Assembly: GCA_051362555.1 (NCBI GenBank)
Contig: CM120642.1
Span: 27,776,001-27,840,000 of the forward strand
DNA length: 64,000 nucleotides
From: Lingula anatina
Lineage: Eukaryota; Animalia; Brachiopoda
Direction: 5' to 3'
Positions 39,536-64,000 of this stretch are shown piece by piece. The position numbers and the translations under genes are program-made. How positions within the stretch are numbered: position 1 is the first letter of the stretch; every line of letters begins with the position of its first letter. Below the pieces are notes generated by a model, which was not told the DNA's origin, ran no database searches, and worked only from the letters and a program-made list of their open reading frames with translations.

Positions 39536-39956
39536 ATATCAGATCAAGAGGGAACCGAGCGCGCACGAAGGTTAATTACCCCCTAACAGCTTTTAGTATG
39601 CGGGGCATACATTAAAGCCGGTTTAGCTGACAGCAATTTAGTGAGACTCCCCAGGGAGATAGATAGATCGATCCAAATATCTGTGGGAATGGTCCCTAAT
39701 ACAGCGGGCTCTGGTGCATGTACATGTAGAAGTTCACTAGTAGTAGAACATGTAGGTATTGCTCGATCTCTTGTCGCCGTTTTACGATTTATACCTTTTT
39801 GTAAAAAATGTGATTTTTTTTCTTTCAAAACGGTCACCGAGATGCCACTAGACAAACTCGAGTAGGCCTATTTTGAATTTACAAAATTGCGAGTATTTAC
39901 CGTACAGAGCGTCGCAAACAGTGGACTATCTCAGCCATGTTACCTTTTCACCTGGT

Positions 39957-39957
<1 letters not shown>

Positions 39958-40021
<64 letters not shown>

Positions 40022-40172
40022 TTATTTTGCCTGGAGGCATTCACACTGCCAACAGACTGTATATTGGCCTGGAGGCATTCACTATATATATATATATTCA
40101 AATGATGAAGGAGTTTTTAAAAGTCTAAAGTCTGTTGGCGTGAATGTGAATGCCTCCAGGCCAATATACAGT
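39958..40172. repeat. (TA)n followed by a small palindromic element
   Basis: (TA)n at 39958-40017. Perfect 27-bp inverted repeat ACTGTATATTGGCCTGGAGGCATTCAC at 40056-40082 / 40146-40172, with an extra partial copy at 40029-40044. Confidence 0.8.
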
Positions 40173-43147
40173 GCTTGCTAAGGTCCATCTTTTGTGCATA
40201 ATTTGGCGTTGACAGTTGAAAAATGAAGGTTCCAAATTCACTTCCAAATACGTATACGTATCACTGAAATATACTCATCCAAATAACTGGATTGACAGAA
40301 TTTGAAAAAGGATATGATCTGCAGGGGAGTAGGGTTAAGATGGATATTTGGGGGAGATGGACACATAGGTCCTTTTTATCTTATTTATTTGGTTGTTGAT
40401 TGACATTTTTGTTGCTTTCTGTTGTCCGGTCTTATTAAGGAGACAATATGTAGAGTGGCCAAGGTTAGAGAGTAGCACAGAACATGGACATAATAAGTCT
40501 TAAGACCTAAGGACAATTGGGTCTTTGCATTGTTTACACCATAATGAGCATATTAATTGGCCAAGTAATTTACAGGTGAGGTAAACATATTTTTCAAATA
40601 TGAACCAGTGCCTACAGCTATATTAAGCAAACTGAACTATATGTGCATACCCAATAATAGAAATAACAGCGAAAATTGGAGTAAAATAAATCGATTTACT
40701 TCTAGTGTTTCTTGGATGTAAACCACCTCATGTGCTTCATGCCTGACAAGTGTCCGTTCCACGTGTAATCCAGGTGAAGTGAGAACAACGCAAAAACACA
40801 CTTCCAAAAGAAAACAATTAAACCCCTACAAGATACTAGGAACTCATATAGGAAAACATCTGGTACTCACACGTGTAGCTGGTTTCTTTGTTCCAAACAG
40901 TTTTAAATATTCTGTCTCTCTTCGTTTTCGTAGTGACGAGTTGTGAGAAAGCTCCTTTTTGGTGTTGAGCTGTGAGATAACTTGTCATTCAAGGAAACGT
41001 CTGATTGGTCCAATTATGACGTTTCATTTTCCAAACTATGCCCTCGCTTCCGTTGAGCAAATTCAGACATCAGTGGTACTAGCGCCATTTACGTTTGCGA
41101 CATTTATGAAAATCATTAACTTTTGATGGTCGTATTTCAACTGTCCTATTACCAGAATTTGAAATTGTCATACAAAGACAATTCAATTGCAAAATGGTCA
41201 CTTACGTTATATTCACCAAAACGTGAGCATTTCACTAATCCCGTCCCCCCTCCCCAGAAAAAAAATTAATTAAATTAAAGAATCTATCTCAGATTGATTA
41301 AAAATAAGACGCCTGGATGAGTTTATAACAACTGCTTTTAATCAGTTTGATTTCAAACACAAAAGCAACGTTAAACAGCTATATACATTTACACGGGCTC
41401 CTACCATAAGCTTGCTGGATGTCCACTTAACTGAAGCAATCTACACAACTTTACAGACATCCGCAAACCAATTACTCCAACACACGTACAAATATCATAT
41501 ATATTAAGCACATTTGAAATATCAAAATGAATAGACATGTTCAATACATGTACATCGTACATGTAAACAGCTTATCGCTTAGTATACTGTCAGAAAAGGA
41601 ACCAATGTACATGAAGCGCATTCTATATTTTATACCTATATGACCTACAATTACCGTGTTTATATGGGTGAACACTGACCACAACATGCAGTCACTTAGT
41701 CCACTACACAGCTTAAGCAATTTAACCTTCATTTTCCATGCACAGAATCCCCAAAAAATCTGTGCAAGTTTTTACAGTTCAATGAGTATCCCCTTTATTC
41801 TATCAGAGGAATGTCTCCTATACAATACATTGCAATGAAGGTGTCCTGCAATAATGCCCTAGTCAGCCATAACCATGAGGAACAAAACCCAGATGAAAAT
41901 AAATTACAGCCAATAGCTTCCAATTAAATAACAGAACTACAGAAAGCCTTTTGAGCATTATGGGAATTTGTGGGATAACACAAAATGCAAGGATATGATA
42001 TCATTTCATATCAGAATCATAATACTGCAAGGGTGTGGTCAGATGGCATTAATAAAGAAAGAATACTGACATTATGAGGTACATGAATCACACACAAATG
42101 GACAACACTTAGGAAAAACACACACAACCACAGGGAACATGGATAATGAGCCTTGTTATATACCGTTGAGGCAAGGGGCTACTGTTTCACATTACTGCTG
42201 TTCAGTACAAGGTGCTATTTGACCATCTATATATTTTTACTTTGTAAAGTATTGTGCTGATGAGAGCTGTTAATTTATTTCTGTTCAATTGTGCTAATTT
42301 TGAGTTAGAGGATGAAACAAAGATGGGCTGGTGAAATTTTTTAAACTTAATTCTGTGCTAGGATAGTTATAATCAATATGCATCAGTTATAAGGGTACAG
42401 TGTTCTCTCTGAAAAAGTCTAGTATTACATAGTGTCCACGGCTTTGTGGCAACTTACAGGCAAATGTGTATGGCACATATTACTGTAATACCCATGGAAA
42501 TTTTTTAAATCCAGAGAGGAATTACATGGTCAGATCAAATTCTTTAAATCTAAGTATAATGTAAATCACTACCCAGCACTTATTAATCTCTAATCAAAAT
42601 TTTGTCACTTTTGTATCAATACATAATAAGGAGCATGAGGACCCACTTATACTTTAGTTAGCAGAGCTAATAATAATACATATACTCACTACTGAATCAA
42701 AACATCCATTTTTCTATAACAAAAATATCATAACATTTTACAACAAAATCTAATAAAATCAAACAAATGATCTCGACCAAAGTTTGATGACTGTATCTGT
42801 TCAGCCATCACTTTTTTACCCAAAATTAGAGAGCACTGTACAACACATATCACATTAAAGTTTCAAATGTTTCGATGCTGGCACATTACTTCAATTCTGC
42901 TATGGGGATCCAGGCTGCTTCCTCTTTTCATTCGTGCTACAGATAATTAAATGCAACACAGTTTTTACATAATATCCATAATCATAATAATAACAACAAT
43001 GAAGATGCCCTTTTTCTTCTTAAAATGTATACTTAAGGTGTCTCCATCCACATTGGTGATACTGAAGCAGATAAAACGTTTCTTCAGACTCACAAATAGT
43101 TTTTTGACCATATAAATATAAATATGTAGCCCCATAAAATAAATAAT

Positions 43148-64000
<20,853 letters not shown>

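Noticed and set aside
41337-42279. HERC2 polyadenylation signals (ATTAAA ~41337-41342, AATAAA 42274-42279, minus strand)
   Set aside because: Such hexamers are common in AT-rich DNA, and I cannot choose between them without transcript data.

Overview
AT-rich eukaryotic genomic DNA with GT-AG introns, microsatellites and many transposable elements. The repeat families and the TNF architecture suggest a lophotrochozoan invertebrate, probably a mollusc; this is inference. Two host genes lie on the minus strand. (1) The 3' portion of HERC2: 30 exons from the window edge to the stop at 43148, encoding RCC1-like domains 2 and 3 and the HECT domain. (2) A complete 3-exon, 400-aa type II membrane TNF-superfamily ligand (37960 to 35531) that the ORF track shows only in pieces. 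The first 35 kb is a nested transposon graveyard. A decayed RTE-X-like LINE is split by a DIRS-order tyrosine-recombinase retrotransposon, which is itself split by a YY1-motif-rich insertion. There is also an L1/Tx1 LINE with a 15-bp TSD and poly(A), a decayed Gypsy element whose LTR holds a CR1 fragment and whose gag holds a CACTA-like MITE, and TTAA-flanked MITEs. The most notable structures are a 5.2-kb Helentron-type non-autonomous element in a HERC2 intron whose 146-bp satellite unit carries a perfect nuclear-receptor DR1 site, a tandem array of duplicated HERC2 splice donors, and the long motif-bearing cytoplasmic tail of the TNF ligand. I see no prokaryotic system, CRISPR array, rRNA or tRNA. 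Coordinates were read by hand and TE boundaries are approximate unless a TSD or TIR is given.
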